DNA of 64,000 nucleotides from Laetmonice hystrix (taxonomy: Eukaryota), in NCBI GenBank assembly GCA_965235115.1, contig OZ249436.1, positions 32,304,001-32,368,000 on the forward strand. Reading direction: 5' to 3'. The notes beneath the pieces are model-generated. The model had not been told where the DNA came from, did no database searches, and was given only the letters and a program-made list of their open reading frames with translations. Of this stretch, positions 26,101 to 41,100 are shown one piece after another (within the stretch, counting starts at the first letter, position 1; every line of letters starts with the position of its first letter). The position numbers were made by a program, and so were the translations under genes.

Positions 26101-29100
26101 TGTTGTGTTATTGATGTGATGGGAGGTAGAGGTCAGTACATGTCATACTACCCCACACTGTCAGGTTGTTGTGTTATTGATGTGATGTGAGGGAGGTAGA
26201 GGTCAGTACGTGTCATACTACCCCACACTGCCAGGTTGTTGTTATTGATGTGATGTGATGGGAGGTAGAGGTCAGTACATGTCATACTACCCCACCCTGT
26301 CAGGTTACTGTGTTATTGATGTGATGGGAAGGAGGTACAGGTCAGTACGTGTCATACTACCCCACACTGTCAGGTTGTTGTGTTATTGATGTGATGTGAT
26401 GGGAGGTAGAGGTCAGTACGTGTCATACTACCCCACCCTGTCAGGTTACTGTGTTATTGATGTGATGGGAGGGAGGTAGAGGTCAGGGCGTGTCATACTA
26501 CCCCGCCCTGTCAGGTTATTGTGTTATTGATGTGATGTGATGGGAGGTAGAGGTCAGTACATGTCATACTACCCCACACTGTCAGGTTGTTGTGTTATTG
26601 ATGTGATGTGAGGTAGAGGTCAGTACATGTCATACTACCCCACACTGTCAGGTTGTTGTGTTATTGATGTGATGTGAGGTAGAGGTCAGTATGTGTCATA
26701 CTACCCCGCCCTGTCAACTTGATACTTTGACGAGCATTTCGTTTAGAATTCAGTCAACCGGCCCGACAATGTTTGTTCAGTCTTTTAGATATAACAGTCA
26801 TATTGATCGAAAGGATTTCGTTTCTTAGAAATCAAGTCCTTATTTTCATGGAAATCAGTACCAGAAAAAGATTTGAGTGATACAGGAATAGCAAATAGTA
26901 CCTTGGAAACATGATTTTACTTGTATCGAGAATATTGGAATGGGTATAGGCTACCGACAGGAACTTCAGTGGCTAATGCCAAAAGATACCGCTGATAGGG
27001 TATAGAAACTGCCGCTTAGTTCAAATGCGCAGCGTAAAAAAATAATAATTATATCATATCAACGTCAGCGATTTGCTATACTCTGTTAAAATTAGGTCCA
27101 TAGCCTACAGGTTAGGCATTGAGAGAAAACGATCTTCTAAATTATATTTAAGATAATCTTGTGAAAAGTATCTTGGACTTTCCGTCTTGCAAGGCGCCAC
27201 CGTTCTGTACATGTGTTGGTCTAAAAGAATCGACACTGGGGCCCTCTGTGCATGGATCTCAGGTGATCCCAGCCCCCCTCCATAATGAAGAACCTCCTTA
27301 AGGGTGGTGATGTCATTTGGCTCATATTAATGCCGGTGCCAGATATAAGCTAGCGGAAAGAATAACAGAAATTTTAATATGCTGAAACACAGTTGAAGGA
27401 CGACCTTTATTCAGTACTTTCTACATCTAGGCTCACTTAGATGTATCTACAATTTCTTGCATAAAAACTATGACCGATTTAGTCTTGTCAAATACACTCA
27501 GTAAGCCTATTCATGGTTGTATTTTGTTCCTTTCTCACATATTTCTACTCGTTGGCTGTGTTCAAATACACACAGCTGCCTTCAGATCTGTTTCTCCTTG
27601 GCTTCACTGCACCAACACATTGCGTAAGTCTCCAACAACTCCGGGGTGGCGTGGACCGTTGCAACCTCTTAACTCTACTTAATCCTTTAGTTTGCCTTGC
27701 TACTACATTACTACAAAAGTCTTTTTATAGTTTCAATTTGTTTCATAATCTCGATTAAAATGGAGTTGGTACCCACTGCCAATGTTAGGAACCTAACCTG
27801 AGCGCGACTAACTGAAACATTTTAACAATGTCTGGATGTTACTAGGTGATGACCTTTTCGTTTCATGTTGGTGGTGGAGGGGGCTGGAGGTCGTGATGAC
27901 ATGCAACTGTCGTGTAGCAAAAGGAGTCAACTAGACTCCGGGGGCGGCTACTTATAAATGTTTGGAGATCAAATGTGTAGGATTTCGAGGGCTGAAAGAC
28001 ATTACATTTTGTTGAGGAGATGCTTACAATCCTTTCGGAGTAGTGCTCTCTTGGGGGGGGGGGGGGAGAGAACTGAAGTAGCACCGTCTCATAGATAGCC
28101 TACATGCAGTGTATGTCAGATTCGTTTTGTTTCTTGGTTTGTTTCTAGGGGATTTCGGTTGTTTTTTATTGGGATGTTGTTGGTGTTTTGTGTGTGTTTT
28201 ACCTTAAAACGTAGCATGACTTTGATCGTAATCTTCGAACCCCACTTGTAAAATTTTACATTTATTTAGTCATTCTACAGTTATCTCTAAAAGATGTGGA
28301 AAGAAGGGTAGATATTTTCATGGATAAAAATGTGCTCAATGCATGCAAAAATATAGAGTGAAAAATTAGCATTTCTTTCTAGGTGAGAAATTTACATAAT
28401 GACAGGAGACAGCTTTAACATTGCCAATGTCAGTATGCAATAGAAAATAATTAGAGGCGTAGGACCTATAACCGCAATGATAAGTATAGCAGGGCAAAGA
28501 AAAATGACATTGATTTAAAGCTAAATCACGGTTTTACGGTATTGTACTGTAGGGCTCTAATCTGTTTGTTTAAGGAGCAAGGATAGGATCTGCGCATGAA
28601 GTCTATTCCTTCTTGCTTTCCCTTGAAATCCGTGGCTTGATTACATTCTTTTGTGTCTTTTTTTAAGCAACCGACAAAGCTCTTCTCGTTCTTTCCCGAA
28701 AAAAACATTGAACAACATCTTGGACCTCGCGTCTTAACTGATTTGAGCTGCACTTTCCCCTGCAGAGGTTTTAGGTAGCCCTTCGCAATGCAACACATAC
28801 ATACTACATTAACATCTCAAGCTGCTTTGAGATATTGCAAAATAAGTAAACACAAAATCAGTAGCCCATATATTATTATGTCTTACACAGCCCCTCGAAA
28901 GTTAATTAAGGTGAACTATTTTTATAACTTTGTCTTATAGACATAACATTATAGTGCAAGCCAAATGCGGAACAGCTATATTAGTTTGGCTTGAAATGGA
29001 AATGGGACCGTTATAAGACAATATGTAGGCTTTCATGGTAATGGACCTATCTTTTATTCCTTTATCAATTACCCTTCTCCCTGATATGGCTTTCAGTATA

Positions 29101-32100
29101 AAAATCTAGATTTTCCTTACCCGAACATATTATTGTCTGGATCTTGGCATCCACTTGTGCGGAGCGGAGACGGATACACCCATGGATAATACGGTTAGAA
29201 TAATAGAAATAAAAGGACTGTATACGGACACGGCGACCAAGACTTTTTACCATTTACTTCTAATCGTATTCGTATCTCTGCCCGCCACGGACAAGTGGAC
29301 AAGTAGTGTGACAACAGGGCTAGCCTGGGTGGCCGTTCGGGGGGGGGGGGGGGGCATATCCCATGGCACCTCCCCCAGAGTACCACGGGCCTCCACCTCA
29401 AGATTTGAATCCCCTTCGACAAACATGTTCGAGAAGGTGTTTCAGTGAGGCTAGGTGGGTTTTCGCCAGGTAATCCGCTTTCCTCCTCCATTATATGACC
29501 ATGGTTGTTATGGCGGCGTAAAACCCAATCCCCAGGTATTGATGTTTAATGTCCGGAAACATATGTTTTGTGTTGACCTTCCAGTCGAGCGGGTTGTCGG
29601 TGATGTCGTGCTGTCGCCGGGACCGCTGGATGCAGGGCTTGCCGGACCTCCTTCACATCGTCGGCCGACTCATTACCAATCTCCTCATTGACCAACAGGA
29701 CAACCTCTATAAGGGTGCGTTTCTTCTTTTTCTTCTTCTCCTCTTTCTTCTTCTCCTTTTTCTTCTTCTTTTGCTTCATCATCTCCTTCTTCTTCTTCTC
29801 CTTCTTCTTTTCCTCCCCCCTCTTGTACTTATAGACGTCAGTTCTCCTGTTCGTTGCTGACTAGGGTTTGAGTTTTTTTATTTTTGGCACCCTACTTCAC
29901 TATATGAAAGGACCAGTGGCAGGCTGACACTAGCTCTTTTTTTCTGCAACTTAACCCTATATTTTCCCGTTTAGACTCACCACTGACGGGTCGTGCTGGA
30001 AAAACAACAATTCATTATGCTGGAGGTTTGACTAAAATACTGGAGATTTATCATTTTTATTCTTATTTTGAATATTACTACTAATACCCCATAGATATGC
30101 TGATTTGGTGGTGGGGCGCAGGCGCTCCAAGGAAGAGCCTAAGACGCAGACAATTATGACAAGTTGGAGACAGAAAAAAAACTTCCAGGAAAATCTCTGT
30201 GTATGTCGTGCATTAGGACAGGCAAAATAACAGAAAACTCCGTAAAATTACTGACATCATTAATTGTGAAAGGTATCAAGGAGAATCAGGTAGGAGGAAC
30301 GGAACGTTCAATGCAGGAGACGCTAACCTGCAGACAAAGCAAAAACCCGCAAATTATGCACTGGAGACATTTCCAGAATGGGGGAGATTCATGCCAGTTG
30401 GGTTAAATATGCTTACCGGAGTGCTGGAGGTGTCAGTCAAATGTGGTAGACTTAAAAGTACTGTGAGAGTCATAGATATCCCATAATAACCAATAATTAT
30501 TATGGGATATCTATGGCAGTTGTTTGTTACGTGCCGTAGCGAATCCCGTGTTTACCTTCCTCGTATTTTCCTCGCTTGCAGGCTCCAAATTTGTGGTGGA
30601 CGACCTTGAGGTAGACAAGGGGCTCAAATCCGACTATCGGGTCGCCGGTGAGACCGGTGACGTGACGTACCCGCACGACCATTCCACGTCACCGCGTCAC
30701 CGAGGCGGGGGTCAACATGACGTTACGTCCCCGACAGACGCTGCTCTACACAAAGGTACGTTGGGGGGTGTAATCTTTCTTTTTTCTGCTTGAAAGGTTC
30801 AACCTGAATCCGCCCCTGGTTTCTGAGAATGATTTGACTAGGCCTACTTGCCTCTAGCTATAGATAATTAGACCTGTGTCAGTGTGTGCCTGACTTTGCT
30901 CTTCCAAGCAGGCCGATCAGTGTTAAATCAAAAAGATGTGGAATCTTAGTTAGGGATTATCCTTTTCCAACTACATGTATGTGTCAACGTTGGCACAACT
31001 CGTACTTAACGTTGACAGAAGTTAAGAAACAAAAACTGCCATTAAACTAACGTTACTTTCGTAACGTTGTCTTAACCAAGACCAAAACTTTTGGAAGGCC
31101 TGGGCCCGGTTTTTAGTTCGCAATTTTACCAATCTTAAGACTGGAATTTTAAGACTGACTTGTGTTATGGTCTCTCATTGGCTGACACCATTTGAAGGAC
31201 CAATCAGAAGCTCTGAAACAAGAGTTCAGTCTTAAGATTTGAATCTTAAAACTTGGTTTGCAAACTAAAAACCGGGGCCAGGGGTATGCCTAAGCCTCGG
31301 TAACCTTCGTACCACCCACCCCATCATCCACCTACATCAGACCCATAGCCTACCTGTCTCATTTCTGTGTCATTTTAGCAGTGTTTATGGAAAGGTCAGG
31401 CTACGCTTCATCTTCTTAGAAATCTCTAATGCGTCTTAGTTACCGCCCATAATGGGAGCCTTCAAGGAATTGAACGACACAGAAAATGGTCCCAGTTGCC
31501 AGAGGCTATAGATGTGAAGGTGCCCCCTGTGACATGAGGTTTTCTGGCTTTGTGCTGGTTGTCATGGATACAGTAGATGAAGGTCAGAGGGCAAGCATTG
31601 GAAGTCGTAAATCTTAGGCCAACATGTAGGCCTATATACACAGAACTGTAGATTTATGATTCTAAGAATCCCTTTCCGGGTGCGTTACTTTCGCATTTTT
31701 AGCATGAGATATCTAAGCCTCTTGACTTATGGCTCAATTTCAGTCCACTCCGGTACTATATGTAGGTATAGGCCTACAGATAGCACCATGTGTCAATATC
31801 TGTCTGCGCCAGTAGGACTATAGATGTAGGCCTATACCCGGTTCAGGTTTCATTTCATTTTCATTTCTCCTCAATTATATGAGGATGTTTGAAAAATAGT
31901 GGTACTTTTGTCCTCACATTAAAATAGTTGCCGTTATAATGTTGTACGTCTTACTGTATAAATTTTAGCTTTTATTTTGGATCATAGAATGCCTACATTG
32001 TTTTGCCCCTGCGTTTACAGATATAGGACCATGGTTTCGGAGATATAGCAACCCTTCTCTAGTCTCTTATATAGGGCCGTTCTTTATGAAGAATTTCCAG

Positions 32101-35100
32101 AGTTTCTTTTTAGATAGCGGGGTACCAGTACGAGGTATAGACGGTCTGACCATAACACCTTTTAGGCTGTACACTACACCAGGGATGAGATTTTTACGCC
32201 AATGGCGGATTTCCACCTTTTTCTCGACCGGAAGTATCATCTCTGCCTGGTGAACAGTTTGGGTGTATAAAGTTTTCCCCTTTTTTCATGTTTGGCCTGA
32301 TGTCGCGTCCCTGACTATACGTTAATGTACCTATTCCAAAACTTACAATGGTAAAATCAAAGTAATATAGGCCTATAATTGGAGCTATTTTCAAAGGGAT
32401 TGCTAAAGGGATTTGAAATACTTTCCAAGTGAAGCAGGTTTCGGAAACAGTTCATATTTTAACGTACCAACAGAATACCATACTTAAATACGCGGAGATC
32501 AGTCTCGGTAACTGATGGGTTCTGAGAATCGTATCAAACTGGGACAACAGATAACGACATACACCTACGACAGGTGCCGCGATCATGAAACTTGATAACA
32601 CTGGGTAACAATTGGAATTTATTGATATAAAGGTCATGTTAGAGAAACAACAAGATAAGTGACCCTGACCCCAGACGTGACTTGCAAAAAAGAACTGGAC
32701 CCCAATGACGGAAGGGAAAATAGATGAAATAAAAATACATAACGGTAGGCCTATATATTATGATAGCGGTTGCTGTCTCTCAGATAAAAACTCTTTTGCA
32801 CTTGAAAAGTAGGCCTCTAGTGCTATATTGAAGAGGCCTAATCTAGGTCTAATCTGCCGCAGAAAGCTGACCTTATGATAGGGCTGAATTTAGCCTACTA
32901 TAGATTAAATAATCTCAATGCTAAAATGTTTTGTTTGTTTTTTGTTTGACATTCACCATTTTAATGCATAAAATCGAGGTTAGTGTAAAAATAATTTGTC
33001 AGTGAAAGTCATCGAGGTTTACGTTCAGCAAGCCATTATTCCTGTCTATACGGTTATAAGAAACATGACATGACTCTCATTTGGCTCCATTGGTGTAAAA
33101 AGAAGTCATACATTTTTATAATGGCTTGTGGTAACCGTAAACCACAAGGCAGTCAGTATGTCACCAATGTGATGCCTCATCACAGAGCTACAACTACTTT
33201 CCAAGCACTTGATGTTGCCCCCATAGTAAATGTAGTCAATCAGCGGCAATAACCGGTACAGTAATAACTACTCTTCTGTTTGGCAAGTTTTGAGGGAATA
33301 TGTGATATCATTTTATATTTTATGCTACAACGTACACAGGACGCAAGAGTGGTATACTTTACATTATATGCTACCCTATTTTTAAATACGTTATGGACTG
33401 GGGGATCCAGGGGGCTGGGGGCCCGGGCCCTCTTAGATTTTCCTTCTTTTTTTGGATGAAGATGTTATGACTATATTTGAATAATATATAGTAGGCCCCT
33501 ATTTGAATGAAGAAGTGTGTTAACTAATAGCAATTATTTTGGGTGTGTGTGTAATAGAGGTACAATGAATCATGCCGAGCGGCGAGGCTAAAACTTTTTT
33601 AAACTTTATCAATATCATGGATCCCCCACTGGTTTTTTGGATGAATGGCATAACCTAACGCCATTTGTTTGTGACACTTCAGGCTACAAATGTTCGCCAC
33701 CCCGTGAGAAATTCGGACGCGGGAAACACTCGAGCCCGGTAGCGTTTGCCCAGCCGGAAAGGGACCTGTTCCTGTGGGCCGTTCTGCTCAACCGACGGGA
33801 CCTCGCCATGCTCTTCTGGAGGACGGGCAGGGATCACATCGGTACGGCCGCTCCCCGAACGGAACCTACCATGATACTGACAACCTTTGATAAAGAATGT
33901 AACCAAGTCAACTGAGGCGACTCTAACGTGCCATCGGTAGATCTGACACATCGGCTGATTGCCAGACCCTTCGGTTTATCGGTTTTATTGTTCGTCACAA
34001 CGTTAACGTAATGACGTTATCGTTGGCGTGATAATGCAACTGTTATAAAGGATCATGTCTCCTTACAGGATTAAGCAAAGATAAATAGCCTACTGTTGTA
34101 GTTGATAATACATGGTCTGTGGTATAATATAATTATGATTAATAGAAGCACAGTGAAATCTTACAAAAATCAGTCTTTTCCGATGTCTCAGAGTAATCTT
34201 GAATAATAAATATCCTTCTTAGGGGCCCACAGGATATTGTCTCCTACGGTTGGTAACAGTATTAATGGGCTATACATTTTGCCTCTAAATAACGTAAACC
34301 TGATGGGAGAAGTGTCGCCCGTTTGTTTGGTGTGCTTTTATAGCATGTTTAGTGACGCCAGAGACAAAGCCAGTGTTACACTTGCCCCTCGAGTTGAAGG
34401 TTATCAGAAACACGTAAACTTAGAAATCACTCTCGATATTCATATAAGATATTTTATAATTGAAGCTGGCTGAAGCTGTGTCTTCCGGAGGGGTTTTAAT
34501 ACAGCATTCTCGTAGATATCATTTCATGAGCATCCGCCCTCGTCATCAAAATTATTTCTTCCGAGATTCCAGCAGATCTATAGTCTCCTATTAACCCTGC
34601 ATCAACCGTTCTTAACCCTAAACATGTTTTACCCATGTGCATACTACAATCTGCAGAGTAAAACATTTTCAAGTTTTATTTAATGATAAAATAACAGAAA
34701 ACTGTAGCGTTCATTACCATTATCGATTTCTAAACTATCCCAAATTGGTAAAATGACGAACTAAAGCCCGGACCCTGGCAGATGTATAGCGTCAGTCCTC
34801 AGACTTGCAACATTTTTCTCTTCTGTGTAAGCAGACTCCAATTTATTCAAACCGTTTGTCTTTCTGTCATACTATAGTTTGCCAAATACGTACATACGGA
34901 TGAAAACATTGTCTGATGTGTCTCTCCTCGACATTTTGTTTAATTAAAAGGTGGAGCCTTGATGGCATCTGCCTTACTCAAGTCCCTGGCCAAAAAGGCC
35001 GACCAGGAAGAGGAGCTCGATCTTGCGGTTGATCTCGGCAAACATTCAGAGTAAGTATCTCTATAGGTCAAGAATGTTTATGTTTAGGATTTGGGGGACC

Positions 35101-38100
35101 CCCCCCCCCCAACATTCATTTCTCCAAGGTTTGATTTCCAAGGAGACATTGATGTCTTGTGCTCGATGTGTTCGTGAGTTGTGACTCCTAAATTTCAGTG
35201 AATGGGAGGAGCGGGCGGTGGGTGTGCTCAACGAGTGTTACCAGAAGGACAAGCAGTTGTCCCACTCTGTGCTCACCCGAGAGGTTGACCGCTGGGGCGG
35301 CCTCACTCTCTTTATGATGGCTGATAGCGCCTTCCAGATGGACTTCATGGGACACTCCTGCTGCCAGACGAAACTCAACCGCATCTGGAAAGGAAAGATG
35401 GCACTTTACACCTCAATGTGGAAGGTAGCTATATTCCACCCCGTTCTCCGTTCTACTTGCTCACCGTTTACACTCTCATGATCTCTTTGTTCTCCACCAA
35501 TCTTGAAGAAACTCCGCACAGTTAGCCCCGTCTGCTTTGAGAGTTTCAGGAATAAAGGCCTCTATACGTGCCATTTGAAACGTTTTTGCTGATATCATAA
35601 ACCTACTTTGGGTACCAGTAACCATTATGAAGCCTTCTCCTTATCGAAAGCAAAGGGTCGTCTTGGTCAATGGATTTGCCCATACGCAGACATCCTCTCT
35701 GGCTGGGGTGTGAACTGTGGATGCACAATGCTTCAGCAGCACACCAAGCAGGACTATGTAGGCAATCCATGACCACAGTCATAACAATGGTCCGTTTCAC
35801 CTGGCACAAGTGGTAATTTAAGGGGTTTTGAAAAATGGTCATTAAGGCATTCAACCCGTACACCGATTTTCATCTTCTTTCCAGATTATATTGACCATGT
35901 TCGTTCCACTCTTGCTGCCTCTCATACGGTTTTCACCCCAAGAATTTACTGTCAAGAAATCGAAGAGAAATGCTGATAGAAGGGCAGTGAGCAATGAGGG
36001 CGCCGTGTTGGCGAGCTCGTTCAAAAACCAGGTACAGAGTACAAAACGATCACCTACTACAAAAGTTTATTGCACCAATCATCTACTCTACAAACGTTTT
36101 CAAAACCAATCACCAACTCGACAAACGGTTCTTGTACCAATCACCAACTCGATAAATGGTTCTTGTACCAATCACCTAATCGACAAACGGTTAATGTACT
36201 AGTCACCTAGTCCACAAACGGTTCTTACACCAACCCCCTACTCGACAAACGGGTCTTGTACCAATCAACATCTCGACAAACGGGTCTCTTTCAAACGTCA
36301 TTATACGTGGATTCAGAAAATGCAAACTCCTCAACACCACCAGCGACCCAAAGATTTTAAACTTTTGTTTGGAAGTCAAGACAGCCATGCAAAATAAGCT
36401 TTTAGATATTCACATGATTTCATAAACCGTGTTTTCAAATGTCAAAAGTTGCTATTCACTCTCCGATCGATCCATGTGAATTTTATTAAAACGTGTTAGG
36501 CGTCATCCTACAGATGTATCCCTCATCCAATGGCAAGGACACCAATCATGGTGGTGGGGACGAGGATGGGGACTTTCCTGACGGTCGGGACTTCGTACCT
36601 GCCCCGGACCGCGGGGCAAGCCGCAAACAATTGACAGAGAAACTCTACCACGTGGACGTGTGCGCCGGCTGCTCGTCCAGGACCTTGGCCAACATCTTCG
36701 CTGCCATGTACTGTTACTACACGGCGCCTGTCACCAAGTTCTGCTTCTACACAGTGCGTGCATAATATAATAATGAAAACCTCAACTTCTCTTTTCAGAT
36801 TATGAACGTTATAGATGCCATGAAATGGTGAAATACTTTCAAAATTCCTATGTGAGACGCCTGTATAAATGTACGGAAGTGTCCGAAGTCCTGAACCATG
36901 CTGTCATTACCAGGGGCTGCAGAAAGTATGGTGGCATTCACTAGAATTTGTTCTTTACTTTGTACTTTTTATTTGCTCTTTAACTAGATGGTATAAATCA
37001 TGATATCAGCATACAGGAGCGAAAGAGACCCCCACCCACCCTACCACTTGTTTAATTAGGGTCACTTGTGGCAAGTGTTCAGGGAATAATAAATCGGTCA
37101 GCGGTCTAGTGACATTCTATGAAACAACACTGCACAGTCTCGTAGTGCTCAATACTCGTGTCGGTCGTCTGACCGCATAACTTTGGGATTTCTATCTAGG
37201 CTAGGATGTCATCAATGACCATACTCGGAGGGCGTACTTACGGACGTACATAATGTCTGTGTCTATGTGTCTGTGTCTAAGTCTATATAATGTAATACAT
37301 GTATGCATGTATGTATGGGTGTACATACTGTAGATATGCGTAACAAACAGTAAATATGTACATCAATGTACGCATGCTTCATTCATATACACAATACGGC
37401 ATATAGGCATACTCATCCCTGGCAACTATACTTTTATATGTTTATGGTGCCATCGATGTTAGAAGCAGCTTTTAAAATTTGCGGGGATACTTATACTTTA
37501 GACGAAATACTTAATTTATGGGAGATAAGACGTGGTACCTAATTTATGGGAGATAAGACGTGGTACCTCATTTATGGGAGATAAGACGTGGTACCTCATT
37601 TATGGGAGATAAGACGTGGTACCTCATTTATGGGAGATAAGACGTGGTACCTCATTTATGGGAGATAAGACGTGGTACCTCATTTATGGGAGATAAGACG
37701 TGGTACCTCATTTATGGGAGATAAGACGTGGTACCTCATTTATGGGAGATAAGACGTGGTACCTCATTTATGGGAGATAAGACGTGGTACCTCATTTATG
37801 GGAGATAAGACGTGGTAGCTCATTTATGGGAGATAAGACGTGGTACCTCATTTATGGGAGATAAGACGTGGTACCTCATTTATGGGAGATAAGACGTGGT
37901 ACCTCATTTATGGGAGATAAGTGGTGGTTCCTCATGTATGGGAGATAAGACGTGGTACCTAATTTATGAGAGATAAGTGGTGGTATGGTTCTTCACAGCT
38001 CTTCATATCTGTGAGAGACAATACTCTCCAATCAAGATTAATGCAGACGATAATAAATAGTTTGAATTCTGACAAAAGCAACATTTTGGCCATAATAACC

Positions 38101-41100
38101 TTGCTAACCATTTATTTTTGCAGGTGTCATACATCATTTTCCTCTCCATCTTCAGTTACTTTGTGCTGACAGATCTGAATCCAGTGGTGATAAAACCACC
38201 AAGTATTTTAGAATACATCATCTGGGGATGGGCCGCCTCGCTCCTTGCAGAGGAAATTCGTCAGGTAAGAGACAGAAATAAAAACATGAAAATTATTGTA
38301 AGTGACTAACCCTCGAGGAAGTCCTCGTCAAATATTGAAAGGGAGAGCAAGTGAGATGAGGACGCATATCCCTTGAAGATGAAACACGAGTGCTTCCTCC
38401 ATATTGTGGCATTTATGGCACAGTAATATAAAGAAAGTACTGATGGATGTGTTATTATACAGCCCACGGAGGTTGGCAATCCCGTCTACTGTTCCGTTAT
38501 TTGTGATTCTCAGGCGGCCGCGATGCGCAAGGGGAAGCACAATGCCTTGCGATTTCAAATGCCTTCCCAGAAACAGTAAATATTTCTTGCTAATCGCTCA
38601 AAACCATTTGTTAATTATCCACCGGCTGGCATGCACAGTGGGATATTGTATTACCGGCATGGGGAGGCCTCCATTTCTGTGGTCGAGACTGGCCAACACA
38701 GTCCTGTGTCCTGGAGCGCACCGCTCGGGGCCCTTTCCACATACTGACGACATTCTCGGAGATTTAAAGGGGCATATTATGAGGAAACGTGAAAAATCTG
38801 TATTTCAAAGAACTTTTGCTGTTTTCATAAAGAGATCCTTCATTAAAATTGCTTGGTAAACAAAAAAAGACTTATCAGTTTCATTTTGCGTGAGAAATCG
38901 AAGTTTATGAAGCTCCCTTGCCCGCTTCTCTGCCGATTTCGTAAAATATTTTTTGGGTCGACTGCAACTGCTGAATTGTTTACAGCTAAACAAAGCACGT
39001 GACTAAGCACATGCAGAGAGTGCACACGCAGGATGTGACGCAGTATGCAAATACACGGGTTGATGGTAGGTTGTCTACCAAACTATGGCGAGAGATGTGC
39101 TATCGGGAGAAATCTATAGGTTTGGTCGTATAGAACCTACTTGTGCTGTATACGCAGCGAAAACACGTCGGAGGACAAAATGCTGTGGTAGGATTATTTA
39201 CTTGGATCCCTAGTACACGGTCATGTTGGATAATTGCCGGAAATCCTCAAAAACGTGTTCCATAGCATGCCCCTTTAAGACGTACCACTGTAGAAAGAGT
39301 GTACTTTCCAGGTGCTACGACATGATGGAGCTCCCCTGAGTACATGTATAATGTTTAAAAGGACATCATTTCCAATATATAGGTATTGTCTCATACATGC
39401 AGTTTTTTTTCACTATCATTATTTTAATATTTATGACCCTTATCTATAAAAGTGTTGGCTCATCATTGGTTATCCGAGGTGACGGGGCTAAAGCAGTATA
39501 AAGCAGGTCCAACAAAATCTTTATCTGATTCAAAATAGCAGCTTGGTAGCCATTGTGGGTGTCATTATCTCAGTCAAAACCATTAGGATTTGTTTTCACA
39601 CTTGGTGCAGAGAGGAGGCGTATGGAAGGGGGCGGTAAATGGAAGTCACATTTGTTTCTTGATATCTATAAATATCTATAATATCACAGTCACTGCATGG
39701 TTCGGCTTATAATGGTGCAAGATAATGCATTTGCTATTATTATTGAATCATATATAAATATATATGAGGTTTCCTTTAGCGTTATTTCACATGATCTTGA
39801 GTGACCTTTCAAGGTTCAAGTTCATTCATATTTTTAATGGCCCCTTTTTGAATTGATAATCGACATCCGCAAGAGCCCTATATCAAAGGCCGAAACAATC
39901 ACTGTTATAGCCTAAAAAACAAAAGGTTCTATTTCGTGTGACAGTTTCGTTTCCTGGGTCCGTCTTTCTCAACCCCTAACCTGCTGTGTAATTATCGTAC
40001 CATTCCTTCTAACATGTTCAAACAGCATGAGGGGCCAAAAGGGCAATAGAAACATAGTAAATGTAGGGCAAAAGTAGTCCCAAAAAATCCCCAAATGGAT
40101 TCCCTTAAATGGTAAGTGCGACAGGAAAATATAGAGTAAAAACGACAGAAAACGATATAAGGGCTGTAATTTGCGGTATCAATTACCCATATGACCAGTA
40201 GAAGGTAGCTTTCTTGGAAGACCGTTGCAAACTGGCACACTTTCTGTCCTTCCCCAGATTGCCATCGAGGATCCGAAGTCGCTGACCTACAAGCTGGCAG
40301 GCTATTTTTCCAGTATTTGGAATCGCTTTGACTTAGGGATACAGTTGATGTTCGTGACATCAATTATTCTGCGCTACTTGCTGCCCCCCGAGTCCTTCGT
40401 GTGGGCAAGGGTTGTCTACTCCATCACACTGGGCATGTACTTCCTGCGTTTCATGCAGTTCTTCTTCGTGCAGAAAAATGTGGGTCCCAAAGTCATCATG
40501 ATTAAACGTATGGTAAGTCCAAATTCATTGTTGTATTTGAAATATTTTCAGCTAGAAACCCTTTTTCATGTCTATAAGTAATCATACATGTAATTACATG
40601 GAAACTCTAATCTCTGTTTCCACGGCATTGACTTGTCTCATTTTCATTGAAAACAGCCCGTAAGTACTTGTAACGCAGTGATCTGTGAGATTGGTAGTTT
40701 TAAGCTCTGTCGACAACGATGACGAAGATGATCAAATATATGATGGTGAAAGACTCAGTCCTGGGTTGACCCCTACTAAAACATTAGTGAAAATATAATG
40801 TGTGTTATGATTTTAGCTGACAGATTTAGCCTTCTTCATAGCCATCTTTCTGGTGGTGCTGTTAGCGTATGGCGTGGCCAGCCAAGCGCTCCTTTACCCC
40901 AACTCGCCGCCTTCATGGACTTTGATCAAGGATGTCATTTACAAACCTTACTGGCAGATGTATGGAGAACTCTTCTTGGATGAGCTTGAAGGTGGGGAGA
41001 TGATTATGATCACTTTATTGTGTCTGTGTAAAATCGTTTCACCTAGGAAACCTAGGTAAGGGAGAGCTTACAGAAACGCATTGGAATAGACTGACATGCT

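Noticed and set aside
29546..29860. Poly-Leu / poly-Lys ORFs
   Set aside because: Exon 13 read-through into a CTT microsatellite, or its antisense
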